A stretch of DNA of 64,000 nt from NCBI GenBank assembly GCA_041576495.1, contig JBFGKW010000002.1, positions 5,541 through 69,540 of the forward strand, read 5' to 3'. The position numbers were made by a program, and so were the translations under genes. Shown here piece after piece: positions 44,339-52,948 of this stretch (position 1 is the first letter of the stretch; each line of letters starts with the position of its first letter). The DNA comes from Aridibacter sp. (GTDB taxonomy: Bacteria > Acidobacteriota > Blastocatellia > Pyrinomonadales > Pyrinomonadaceae). Under the pieces are notes generated by a model. It was not told the DNA's origin. It worked only from the letters and a program-made list of their open reading frames with translations, and searched no databases.

Positions 44339-46489
44339 TCACTTTTTGACGTGTGTACGCGCATTCCCCGTATTTCCGGTTGAATCAAATACGCGCAACG
44401 CGATCGTAAAATCACCCGCGCCTTTAAGTGTGACGGTGATTGTGTATTGCTCTTTGGCGGAGTCTGAAATCCCGTCATCCGCGCGGACCGCTTTCCAATC
44501 GCCTCCATTAATACTGTATTCAGCCCGGGTAATTAAACTGGACGTCTCGATTACTTCAAACGAAACCGTGACCGAATCGCCGTTAACCCGCGGTGCGCCG
44601 GTTGCGGAGGCAGCAGGCGGCGTATTATCGATATCAAATGGTTCGGATATCCTTTCACCCGAAAGCGCTGCATCACCTGGGTTTGAAACCCCGTCGTCGG
44701 CGACTATTTTGACAACATATCTACCGTCCGCCAGAGTTCGGCTGTCAATTGTGAAAAACGAATCCGTGAGATTTTCGCGCAACAGCCTGAACACGGATTG
44801 GCTGACCTCGCGATAATAGATCGCATACCTTAGTTCGTCGCCATTACGATCTTCTGATTTCCACTGGAGCGATTTCGCCCCCGACTGAAATACCTTCCTC
44901 GGAACCAAGGGCGGAATGACAATGCCAAAGTCCTTTGGATCCAACCCGAGGGCTATAATATTCGGATCGACGGGCACGGGAGGCGTTGGGGCCAAACCAA
45001 TATTTGAGGGCAGGATTTCAATCGACAATACTTCGGGCGGGATATTTCTAGACAGGAACGAAACGTTTACTTCGCTTAATTCCGCTTCGGTAGCCGATGT
45101 TGCGAGAATTGCCCGCCATTGCAAGTATTGCGCTTTTGGACTTTTAACCCGAGCTCCCTTTTGATCGCCATAGCTGTCACTCCAATCGGTCCAGGTTTCA
45201 TTAGGTACTGCAGTGTTGCCGCTCCGCGTTTGAATCTGTACATTCCCCTTCGAACGCCACCAAATCATCCCCCACGACGCAACCGATTTGGCGTCCAAGA
45301 CAGGAGATTCAAATGTGCCTCCTGACTCGGGCTGCCCGCCAAACCGGAACAATTTTCCCTGGTTGCTCGATGTCGCAAAAAGACTGCCGCCGAATGTAGA
45401 AATCGTCGAAACTTGCTCTTCACCCGTCTGAAGCACCAACTTAACTTCTCCGGAATTTCGGACGCTGTATATTCTCCCCTTGTCCGACGTTCCGATTAGG
45501 ACCCCGTTTCCGGTTAAGTGGGCATAGACGGAAAAGGCCGTAATCTCTTCAGATTTCCAAATAATGTCATTCCCGCCGTCGGGTAAGATTCGGTAAACTG
45601 CCGATTTTGCTGAAGACAGATCGTACCGGCTCTTCTGAGGCGGGGCCGCTGCCGGAAGTCCTCTTTTCACGGCCGAAACTGTTTTCTGGTCAGGTTTATT
45701 CTCTTCCGCCTTCTTTTCTTTTGTAGACGCGGATTCCCCGAGCGCCAAAACATAAACAGATCCGTCTATGCCGACCGCGATTTCATGGATTTCACGCAGC
45801 GGCGAATCAAGCAACGCAAACGGCCTTCCGTCGGACGAAAACCGAAGCACATACCCTTCCGAATCGGTACCGGCAAATAAATTACCGTTTTTGTCTGACG
45901 CCATCGAAATTATGTGGGTCTCGCTGGTGTCATAAAAAAGGGCGGCGCCCGGCTTTTCAAGCGGCGTTTTCACTTTATAGATTTTACCGTTTTCACCCGT
46001 ACCCACAGCCAGGCTGCCATCGGGAAGCAACGCCAGCGACCAAATGTATTTCTCTTTTGGTTCGAAATATACGGATGGTTTTTCCCCCGGCGGGATTCGG
46101 TAAACTTTACCGTCGGGCGACGTACCTGCAAAAACCGTCCCGTCCTTTCCAACCGTGATCGCCGAGACATTGATTTCGTCCGAATCAAAGAAGAGTGATC
46201 CGGAGCCTGTTGGACTCACCTTATAAACCCTTCCGTCGCCGCCGGTACCAAGATAAATATTGCCCATATTATCGGTCGCGCTGGCCCAGACGTAAGGCTG
46301 GTCGGTTTTAAATAGCTCGGTCAGTTTTACGGCAAGCGTTATCGAGCCGTTGTCATCGATTCCGACACCATTGGCGTTCCCCCGAAGAACGTCCTCGCGC
46401 GAATTAATTGACCAGATCGAAGGTTCTGATGATTGCGCCGGAATTACACAAAGCAACCCGAATACGAGTAAAAAAAGTATTTTTTTCAT
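44339..46489 (-). CDS. Secreted beta-propeller repeat protein with C-terminal Ig/FN3-like region
   Basis: The track ORF extends to 46600. The ATG at 46489 gives signal peptide MKKILFLLVFGLLCVIPAQS. It has about 7 repeats of the form GTGxxG+VY+V (GTGGDGRVYKV, GTSPDGKVYRI, GTGENGKIYKV, GTDSEGYVLRF, GTSDKGRIYSV, SSNQGKLFRF), followed by beta-rich C-terminal modules. Confidence 0.65.
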   Translation of the reverse strand: MKKILFLLVFGLLCVIPAQSSEPSIWSINSREDVLRGNANGVGIDDNGSITLAVKLTELFKTDQPYVWASATDNMGNIYLGTGGDGRVYKVSPTGSGSLFFDSDEINVSAITVGKDGTVFAGTSPDGKVYRIPPGEKPSVYFEPKEKYIWSLALLPDGSLAVGTGENGKIYKVKTPLEKPGAALFYDTSETHIISMASDKNGNLFAGTDSEGYVLRFSSDGRPFALLDSPLREIHEIAVGIDGSVYVLALGESASTKEKKAEENKPDQKTVSAVKRGLPAAAPPQKSRYDLSSAKSAVYRILPDGGNDIIWKSEEITAFSVYAHLTGNGVLIGTSDKGRIYSVRNSGEVKLVLQTGEEQVSTISTFGGSLFATSSNQGKLFRFGGQPESGGTFESPVLDAKSVASWGMIWWRSKGNVQIQTRSGNTAVPNETWTDWSDSYGDQKGARVKSPKAQYLQWRAILATSATEAELSEVNVSFLSRNIPPEVLSIEILPSNIGLAPTPPVPVDPNIIALGLDPKDFGIVIPPLVPRKVFQSGAKSLQWKSEDRNGDELRYAIYYREVSQSVFRLLRENLTDSFFTIDSRTLADGRYVVKIVADDGVSNPGDAALSGERISEPFDIDNTPPAASATGAPRVNGDSVTVSFEVIETSSLITRAEYSINGGDWKAVRADDGISDSAKEQYTITVTLKGAGDFTIALRVFDSTGNTGNARTHVKK

Positions 46490-46680
46490 TTGAAATATTG
46501 TGATAAATGCCAAACTGGCCAGGCCAGTCCGTTTGACTGTTGACGGCCATAATCGCAGTCCAAAGTTCTTCGAACGAGTAATAGAAATCGGCCCGGTCAA
46601 AGTCGATTATTTCATGAAATCAGAAATTGTAGAAGTGGTCAGATACTGTAGGCTGATGACACCTGATTCAATCGTCGTTA

Positions 46681-48018
46681 CTAATCATTCGCGTCAATCC
46701 CGGGCAAATCGGTTGTCTCGGGCTTTGCCTCGAGGAATCTCATCGCTTCGCGCAATTGATCGGCATCTCCGGTTATCAAGCGAGCGCTCCGTTCCCGGGA
46801 AATGTAGGCCCAAAACCATTCACTCATCACCCACAGCCTATTTCGGAAACCGATCAGCAGGAATACGTGGACGAACAGCCATGCCAACCACGCGAAGAAG
46901 CCAGTCATTTTAAAACGCCCCGCTTCAACTATAGCTTTATTCCGACCGATCGTCGCCATTGAACCCTTGTCCCAATATTCAAATACTTTTCGCGGCTTAT
47001 TCTTGAGGTCGCAAAGTATGTTTTCGCAAGCGCATTGCGCCATTTGGATTGCGCCTGCTGCAACACCCGGGACGAGTTCTCCATTAGCCTGCTTAAGGTG
47101 CGCCATATCGCCGATCACAAATATATTCTTCTCACCTTCAATGCTTAAATCTTTTTTGACGAAAATTCGGCCGGCTTTATCAACTTCGACACCGAGAGTT
47201 TTTCCAATCGGGGAAGCGGAGACCCCGGTTGCCCAAACCGCAACGCTGGTGTCAATCCATCGATCACCGACCTTCACCTCACCGGGTCTGATATCGGTCA
47301 CAAAACTGTTTAATCTGACTTCAACGCCCAACTGTTCGAGATCCTGTTTCGCTTTTTCCGAAAGATCCCGCGAAAAACTCGCCAGAATTCTATCTTCTCC
47401 TTCAAAAAGCAATACCCTGGCACTTTTGGTATCGATTACCTTAAAGTCATTCGCAAGGGCAATCCGCGCTATTCCCGCGATCGCCCCGGCTAGTTCGACC
47501 CCGGTAGCGCCCCCTCCAACGACGACGAAACTCAAGGGTTCGTGGGAACCGGTGAGAATGGCATCTTTTTCCGCGAGTTCAAATGCGAGCAGCACCCGTC
47601 GACGAATTTCGAGTGCATCTTCGACCGTTTTTAATCCGGGTGCAGATTCTTCCCACTCATCATTTCCGAAATACGAGTGTCTGGCGCCGGCAGCGACTAT
47701 CAAGTAATCAAAGGTAATCTCAGACAGGTCGTCAAGCCGTACGAGTTTCGTCTTCTTATCGATGCTCACCGCTTCGCCCAGCACAACTTCTATATTCTTC
47801 GCCCGGTTCAGAATTCTCCGAATCGGCGTCGCAATCTCCCCGGGCGAGAGTACGGCCGTTGCAACCTGATACAGCAGGGGCTGGAATGTATGGTGATTCT
47901 TCCGGTCAATGAGCGTTACATCAACCGGTTTATTCTTTAGTTCTTTGGCCGCCCGCAGCCCGCCAAATCCTCCGCCGATAATTACGACCCGTGGTTTTCC
48001 GTTTTCTGGCTTGATCAT
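46681..48018 (-). CDS. ndh: Type II NADH dehydrogenase (NDH-2) family flavoprotein
   Basis: 445-aa ORF with two dinucleotide-binding motifs, VVIIGGGFGGL and VVVGGGATGVELAG. It has a C-terminal hydrophobic membrane-anchoring segment. Confidence 0.85.
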   Translation of the reverse strand: MIKPENGKPRVVIIGGGFGGLRAAKELKNKPVDVTLIDRKNHHTFQPLLYQVATAVLSPGEIATPIRRILNRAKNIEVVLGEAVSIDKKTKLVRLDDLSEITFDYLIVAAGARHSYFGNDEWEESAPGLKTVEDALEIRRRVLLAFELAEKDAILTGSHEPLSFVVVGGGATGVELAGAIAGIARIALANDFKVIDTKSARVLLFEGEDRILASFSRDLSEKAKQDLEQLGVEVRLNSFVTDIRPGEVKVGDRWIDTSVAVWATGVSASPIGKTLGVEVDKAGRIFVKKDLSIEGEKNIFVIGDMAHLKQANGELVPGVAAGAIQMAQCACENILCDLKNKPRKVFEYWDKGSMATIGRNKAIVEAGRFKMTGFFAWLAWLFVHVFLLIGFRNRLWVMSEWFWAYISRERSARLITGDADQLREAMRFLEAKPETTDLPGIDAND

Positions 48019-48121
48019 CGTTGCCTGTTCTGCTCAAAGCTCCAAACTAATGCAGTTCTCGGTAACAGCACTTTCCCGAAATAACATCAGAATACTCAAC
48101 ACCGCGCCGCTCGCAAAACTC

Positions 48122-49150
48122 TCAGTTTCCGACGTATTTTGCGTAAACGGTTCGGGCGACGGCCGTATCATCGGTTCCTTTCACGATCGCGCGTGCATCC
48201 CTGAAGACCGTCAGTTCGTAATTCTCCACCTTCAGACGTAACAAGTAATCATTGACCTTTATGTCACCGATCTTTCCGAGGGTTCGGGCAAGTCTCGCCA
48301 GGTCGATTTGACCCGAGTTTGAAGGTTGAATTTGGATGGCGTCCCGTCCGCAAAGGGAAGTCGTAAAATCGGCGTTTTCCGCATCAAGAAACTCAAACAC
48401 CGTTTTGCCGCATGAAACGCAATCGGGACCGGGACCGGCCAATTTAATTTTTCTCCAGTCGTTTTCCCAAATATCCACCTGGACCAGCGATTTATGCAGT
48501 TTTTCTGTTTTTTGTACCAGGATTTTCAGCGCTTCAGAAACCTGAATCGACGAAATTGCAGAAATAATGGGCTGGATCACGCCGGCGGTATCGCACGTCG
48601 GCGAACTTCCCGAAGCAGGGATTTCGTCAAAGATGCATCTCAGACAGGGCGTTTCATTGGGAATGATCGTCATCGTTGTGCCATAACTCGAAACGGCGGC
48701 ACCGTAAATCCAGGTCTTTTGATGCTTGATACACGAATCGTTGATCAAGTAGCGGATCTGAAAGTTGTCCGTTCCGTCGAGTACGAGATCTACGTCCGCC
48801 ATCAACTCTTCTACGTTTGAATGGTTGACATCGGCAATTACCGCTTCGATCTCAACTCCGGAATTGACCGATTTAAGGCGGTTCTTTGCGGCGATAGCCT
48901 TCGGGATTCGTTCTTCGGCATCCGATTCGGAGTATAGGGTCTGTCTTTGAAGATTTGAAAACTCTACAAAATCACGATCGACTATCCTGATGAATCCAAC
49001 GCCGGCGCGAGTCAGCATTTCCGCATGGGAAGCCCCCAGGGCTCCGCAACCGACCAAAAGGACACGGGATTGCCCGAGTTTGCCCTGTCCTTCTTTTCCG
49101 ATGCCGCCAAACAGAATCTGCCGGCTGTAACGATTGTTCATTGATAACAC
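48122..49150 (-). CDS. ThiF/MoeB/HesA-family adenylyltransferase (E1-like), Bacillus ThiF-like long form
   Basis: 342-aa ORF with RYSRQILFGGIG...VLLVGCGALGA (ATP-binding) and the zinc-site pairs CLRC and CVSC. The C-terminal ~90 aa (VFRDARAIVKGTDDTAVARTVYAKYVG) resembles the C-terminal domain I remember from Bacillus ThiF. Confidence 0.8.
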   Translation of the reverse strand: MLSMNNRYSRQILFGGIGKEGQGKLGQSRVLLVGCGALGASHAEMLTRAGVGFIRIVDRDFVEFSNLQRQTLYSESDAEERIPKAIAAKNRLKSVNSGVEIEAVIADVNHSNVEELMADVDLVLDGTDNFQIRYLINDSCIKHQKTWIYGAAVSSYGTTMTIIPNETPCLRCIFDEIPASGSSPTCDTAGVIQPIISAISSIQVSEALKILVQKTEKLHKSLVQVDIWENDWRKIKLAGPGPDCVSCGKTVFEFLDAENADFTTSLCGRDAIQIQPSNSGQIDLARLARTLGKIGDIKVNDYLLRLKVENYELTVFRDARAIVKGTDDTAVARTVYAKYVGN

Positions 49151-49183
49151 GTGCGAAATACCCTTAGATCCGGCCGGTCCGGA

Positions 49184-49900
49184 CTAGTCGATCAGGAATT
49201 CGATAAATTCCCTGATCGCAAACGCGGGCGAAGTCGCGGAAGATGAGACTCGCTCGTTCTTGTACCGATCGACCGCATATGTGAATTTTTCCTGACGGAA
49301 ACGGCTCTTTTCCGCTTCAAGTCTCGCCTTTTCTTTCTGCCTGGCATAATCGAGGCCGCCCTGACGAATAAACTCGATTATCCGCGGGAGTTCCTCGGCA
49401 TCGAACCAAATCCCATGGTTTTTGCATGTATCTACGATTACCCCCGACGAACGGGCGAAATTGTTTCGATTCATAAACTCGCTGCAGGTTGGACATGGTA
49501 CGTATTGGATCTTAGGCGGTTTTACGTAGCCGATAATATCATCTAACTTTCCCAGGACGGCTGCCTGCTTTTCGTTATCCGAACAAATGTTTTGGAATGT
49601 CTCAACATCGATCCAAACACCATCGCAACCCTCACATTCCGAAAATGAAATACTGTCAACCAAAACGAGCTGCATTTTCCTTTTGCAGCGGGGACAAACG
49701 CCGAGGTCTTTTTCACTCAAGATCTTTGCCTTAAGGGCTTTTTCACCGCATAGTCCGCAGAATTTGCTTCCCTTAAAAATCGTCCCGAAACACGCCGCGC
49801 AAGACATGGTTTTCAGCCGCGAACGACAGTGTTCGCAATGGTTTGAATTATCGGCGACTCCCGCGCCGCAATTAGGGCAATTCAACGCTGCAATCTTCAT
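49184..49900 (-). CDS. Multi-zinc-ribbon protein (two N-terminal CxxC...CxxC ribbons plus two zf-TFIIB-type modules) with C-terminal coiled coil
   Basis: 238-aa ORF with CPNC...CEHC, CAAC...CGLC, CPRC...CEGCDGVWID, and CPTC...CKNHGIWFDAEEL. The GVW[IF]D pattern is typical of the bacterial zf-TFIIB family. Confidence 0.7.
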   Translation of the reverse strand: MKIAALNCPNCGAGVADNSNHCEHCRSRLKTMSCAACFGTIFKGSKFCGLCGEKALKAKILSEKDLGVCPRCKRKMQLVLVDSISFSECEGCDGVWIDVETFQNICSDNEKQAAVLGKLDDIIGYVKPPKIQYVPCPTCSEFMNRNNFARSSGVIVDTCKNHGIWFDAEELPRIIEFIRQGGLDYARQKEKARLEAEKSRFRQEKFTYAVDRYKNERVSSSATSPAFAIREFIEFLID

Positions 49901-49952
49901 AAGGTCAGTGATTTAAAATGTTTATTGGAAGCATTAGCCGGTCATATGACAA

Positions 49953-51539
49953 TCAATCTCCCAATCCGTTTTTCAGCGTGCCGACCCCTTTGGCCGCCGC
50001 TCTCATAATCTCGGCCGGAGCCTCAATCCCGGTCCAGACCTCGAACTGCCTGACGCCTTGTAAAACAAACATTTCAAAGCCATTTATCGGTTTCGCGCCG
50101 GCGACTCTCGCTTCCCGCAAAAAAAGCGTCTCCAATGGATTATAAACCAAATCAAAAGCGACCCGCACATTTTTTAGGTTGGCCGAAGTAGCCGGAGTCT
50201 TTTCAACATGGCTTCCGGCCATCCCGAGAGGACTTGTGTTTACAACAATATCAAAATCATTAAATCGGGTTTCGGCGCCTCGATATTCGAAGATGTTGAC
50301 CCCAAAATCATCGGTCAACGCCCGGGCCTTTACCCGATTTCTCGCAAAAACCGCAGCATCCGCATCTTCCTGCGCGAGTGCGTATACCGCTGCCCTTGCG
50401 GCTCCCCCGGCGCCGATAACGGCAACCCGGGCGCCTTTTAAATCTGGGAATTCATTTTTTAGGGGTCCGATAAACCCATCGACATCCGTATTGTAGCCAT
50501 AAAGCTTACCGCCGATGATCTTGACCGTGTTTACAGAGCCGATTTTCTTCCCGCGGCCGTCAATAACGTCAAGATATTTAATGATCGATTCCTTGTAAGG
50601 GATCGTTACGCTAAACCCTTTGATATTCAGTTCGATTTCACGTGAAGAGGCTTTAACCATCACATTAAGAAACTCTTCTAAATCATTGACAGTAAAGGGT
50701 ATGTAAACCGCATTCGAGCCGATGTAATTAAACGCTGCATTGTGCAAATACGGTGAAAGAGACTGCGAAACCGGATTCCCGATTATACCGTAGACCTCGG
50801 TTTCAGGATTGAGCTTTTTGACCCGGTAAACTTCTTTTAAATCGGAAACCGTAATCTGCCCCGGCGCGGTTTCATCTCCGATCTGAAGTGAACCGTAAGT
50901 TAGGGGAGATCCATATCCGAGCCCTAGAATGCGCGTCCAGTTTCCGTGTTCACCCATCGCGATCGGGACGATCGGGACGATCGGCGGTCGGTCTGAATCC
51001 GTGAACAGTAGCTTGAATACGGCGACGGAATCTTTGAGATTCCGAGCTTTGACCGCTATTTTCACGATATCCGGATCGCTATGTGCGAGGTTTGAGTATA
51101 AAACCTCCAGATTATCAGGGACGGATATAAAATCGTGATGCGAGGCAATTACCGGATTAAAATCAGGCGCCGGTGCAGCGCGTATAATATCGGCTTCAAA
51201 ATCAGCACCCGCGGTTTGATGACAATGATCCCAAAACAGCCGGCGTGATTCTATTGAAAATTTTTGTTTCCCGCCCTGTTCGGCTGGACGCAAAGTGTAA
51301 ATAACGGGAATGGAAAGATCGAGTTTGGCGATCCGCCTGAGAAGATTTTCACTCTTTGACATCTCAATGCCACCGGCTTTTTTCGCCGGATCAAAATCCG
51401 CAGGATCGAAGTCTTTTTGATCCAAACAGTCAAATCGCAGTTCGAGCAGATCGGCAAGCTTGGCCGCCTGAGTGATTTTCTCGATGAATTCACCGGCAGT
51501 TTTGGCGCAGACCGTAACACAGATTTGACCATCGTTCAT
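49953..51539 (-). CDS. aroDE: Bifunctional type I 3-dehydroquinate dehydratase / shikimate 5-dehydrogenase
   Basis: The track ORF extends to 51752. The ATG at 51539 gives MNDGQICVTV and overlaps the upstream stop in ATGA. The DHQase I motifs are IASHHDF and DIVKIAVKA. The shikimate dehydrogenase part has SLSPYLHNAAF, NVTIPYK and GAGGAARA. Confidence 0.85.
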   Translation of the reverse strand: MNDGQICVTVCAKTAGEFIEKITQAAKLADLLELRFDCLDQKDFDPADFDPAKKAGGIEMSKSENLLRRIAKLDLSIPVIYTLRPAEQGGKQKFSIESRRLFWDHCHQTAGADFEADIIRAAPAPDFNPVIASHHDFISVPDNLEVLYSNLAHSDPDIVKIAVKARNLKDSVAVFKLLFTDSDRPPIVPIVPIAMGEHGNWTRILGLGYGSPLTYGSLQIGDETAPGQITVSDLKEVYRVKKLNPETEVYGIIGNPVSQSLSPYLHNAAFNYIGSNAVYIPFTVNDLEEFLNVMVKASSREIELNIKGFSVTIPYKESIIKYLDVIDGRGKKIGSVNTVKIIGGKLYGYNTDVDGFIGPLKNEFPDLKGARVAVIGAGGAARAAVYALAQEDADAAVFARNRVKARALTDDFGVNIFEYRGAETRFNDFDIVVNTSPLGMAGSHVEKTPATSANLKNVRVAFDLVYNPLETLFLREARVAGAKPINGFEMFVLQGVRQFEVWTGIEAPAEIMRAAAKGVGTLKNGLGD

Positions 51540-52279
51540 GAGGATATTGTTTGCTTTTTTAGAACAAAGCTTAACGAAGAGAAAATTAAAACGACTACGC
51601 CCAAAGCACACGTAATCACGATCGCCGTCTTTCCGCTTTGGTTTACTCCGATTGCCGTAAGCGCCCAGGCAATGGTCAGCGGATATAATGCAGTATCGAA
51701 CTTCTCGCGAACAATGACTCCCGCGGCCGTTATCAATACCAGCACCACACATGCGGCAGCAATCGCGGCCAATCCTCCAAGACCGATTTCAAGTGAAACT
51801 AGGAATATCGTGATGTTTAGAACTGCCGCTACCGAAACCCATCCAAAATATATGCCGAACACGATTTGAACGATCGATTTCAGCGTACCCGGATCTGACT
51901 CGTAATTCTTCCAAATAATCAGCGAGAGCGCACCGAGCAGGGTCAGCATCGCGATAACGCTAAGTCCCAAATACAAGTTGTGCCACGCAAATATCCAGCT
52001 CATATTCGCCGCGCAGCTTACAATAAAAAGCACGCGAATCTGGTTGAAGTTTTTCGAACCCGTGACGAACAATTGATAAACGGTGAAAACGATGATACCT
52101 GAGTAAATCAATCCCCAGATCGAAAAGGCATATCCCGACGGAGTAATAATAGTCGGGTACCGATCAGACACGTAGGCCGGGGTTATTCCGCCAATCGCCC
52201 CGGCCGCGGCCAGGTAGTTGATGTATATAACCGCGAAAGTTGATAACAATACGACCGATTTTATGATTTTTTCGTTCAT
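51536..52279 (-). CDS. Multi-pass membrane protein, TspO/MBR-related (tryptophan-rich sensory protein-like), tentative
   Basis: 247-aa ORF with about 7 hydrophobic segments. The N-terminal pattern YINYLAAAG...TPSGYAFSIWGLIY resembles long TspO/MBR-like proteins as I remember them. Not verified. Confidence 0.45.
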   Translation of the reverse strand: MNEKIIKSVVLLSTFAVIYINYLAAAGAIGGITPAYVSDRYPTIITPSGYAFSIWGLIYSGIIVFTVYQLFVTGSKNFNQIRVLFIVSCAANMSWIFAWHNLYLGLSVIAMLTLLGALSLIIWKNYESDPGTLKSIVQIVFGIYFGWVSVAAVLNITIFLVSLEIGLGGLAAIAAACVVLVLITAAGVIVREKFDTALYPLTIAWALTAIGVNQSGKTAIVITCALGVVVLIFSSLSFVLKKQTISS

Positions 52280-52812
52280 TTTATGGAACCGGAACGTCTC
52301 AGCCTAAATACTTCCTCATTAAATGAGGTGCCGTCCTTTGTTAACGCAAGATAGAGGTTCAATCCATTTGCGCCCTTTTTTTCAAAGGTCAGGCCGTGAA
52401 AATAATAGCGGTCACGGTCCCGCTTTATAAACCGGAAGTCGACGGTTTTATCCTTGTCTTCCCAGCCGACCAAATCCGGCGTAAAGTGTTTGAGTTTTAG
52501 AAAAAGCTGCCCGTTTTCAATCGAAAAGGTCATAAACTCATAAAACGACGGTTTGTTCTCCTTTACAAGAATGAACATTCCCATCATCACACCCCCGTCA
52601 GTCACGGTCCAGACTTCTTTGACACTTCCGCCGAGGGCATTCCCCTCCCATTCGCCATTCATCCATCCCATATCGGTAACATTTGCCGGTTCGCCTTTAA
52701 TATCTTTCGCGAGCCGCAAGGTATTCTTCGTGATCCGGTTCTGTCCGGCAGCTCCGGTTGAAACGAAGAGGAATATGATTAAAATCGGAATTAATTGCTT
52801 CATTTTGGTCAC
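52276..52812 (-). CDS. Secreted small protein, DUF6265-like (tentative)
   Basis: 178-aa ORF with a signal peptide. WMNGEWEG...EVWT...GMF...FYEFMTF...LKLKHF...WEDKD matches my memory of DUF6265. Its stop overlaps the next gene's start in ATGA (52276..52279). Confidence 0.45.
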   Translation of the reverse strand: MTKMKQLIPILIIFLFVSTGAAGQNRITKNTLRLAKDIKGEPANVTDMGWMNGEWEGNALGGSVKEVWTVTDGGVMMGMFILVKENKPSFYEFMTFSIENGQLFLKLKHFTPDLVGWEDKDKTVDFRFIKRDRDRYYFHGLTFEKKGANGLNLYLALTKDGTSFNEEVFRLRRSGSIK

Positions 52813-52948
52813 TCCGGTTTATATTCTTGCGCAGCTCCGGCCCTTTTTCCGATTTGCAGATCAAAATCGGCGCAACCACTTTACTTCTGAGGTTTGATTT
52901 TATTCGGCGAATTAATCTTCGCACCAAATTTGGTATACTTCAAACAAA

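Noticed and set aside
44118-44816. 232-aa plus-strand ORF spanning the SDR / propeller gene boundary.
   Set aside because: It is antisense to two well-supported minus-strand genes. It has a Ser/Pro/Thr-rich composition, no start context and no domain.
46967-47707. 246-aa plus-strand ORF inside the NDH-2 gene.
   Set aside because: It is antisense to an ORF with two canonical dinucleotide-binding motifs, and its translation is Ser/Pro/Thr/Ala-rich and featureless. The same reasoning applies to 8595..9110 (-), 40019..40462 (+) and 37025..37597 (-).
48122-49150. Possibility that the E1-like ThiF-family gene marks a ubiquitin-like or anti-phage (E1/E2/JAB-type) system.
   Set aside because: There are no E2-like, JAB or ubiquitin-like genes nearby. 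The C-terminal domain looks like housekeeping Bacillus-type ThiF, and the neighbours are ndh and aroDE.
52849-52870. 7-bp inverted repeat CCGATTT-N8-AAATCGG in the divergent region between the DUF6265-like and FMO genes.
   Set aside because: The arms are short and the region is AT-rich, so chance occurrence is plausible. It is noted only as a possible operator.
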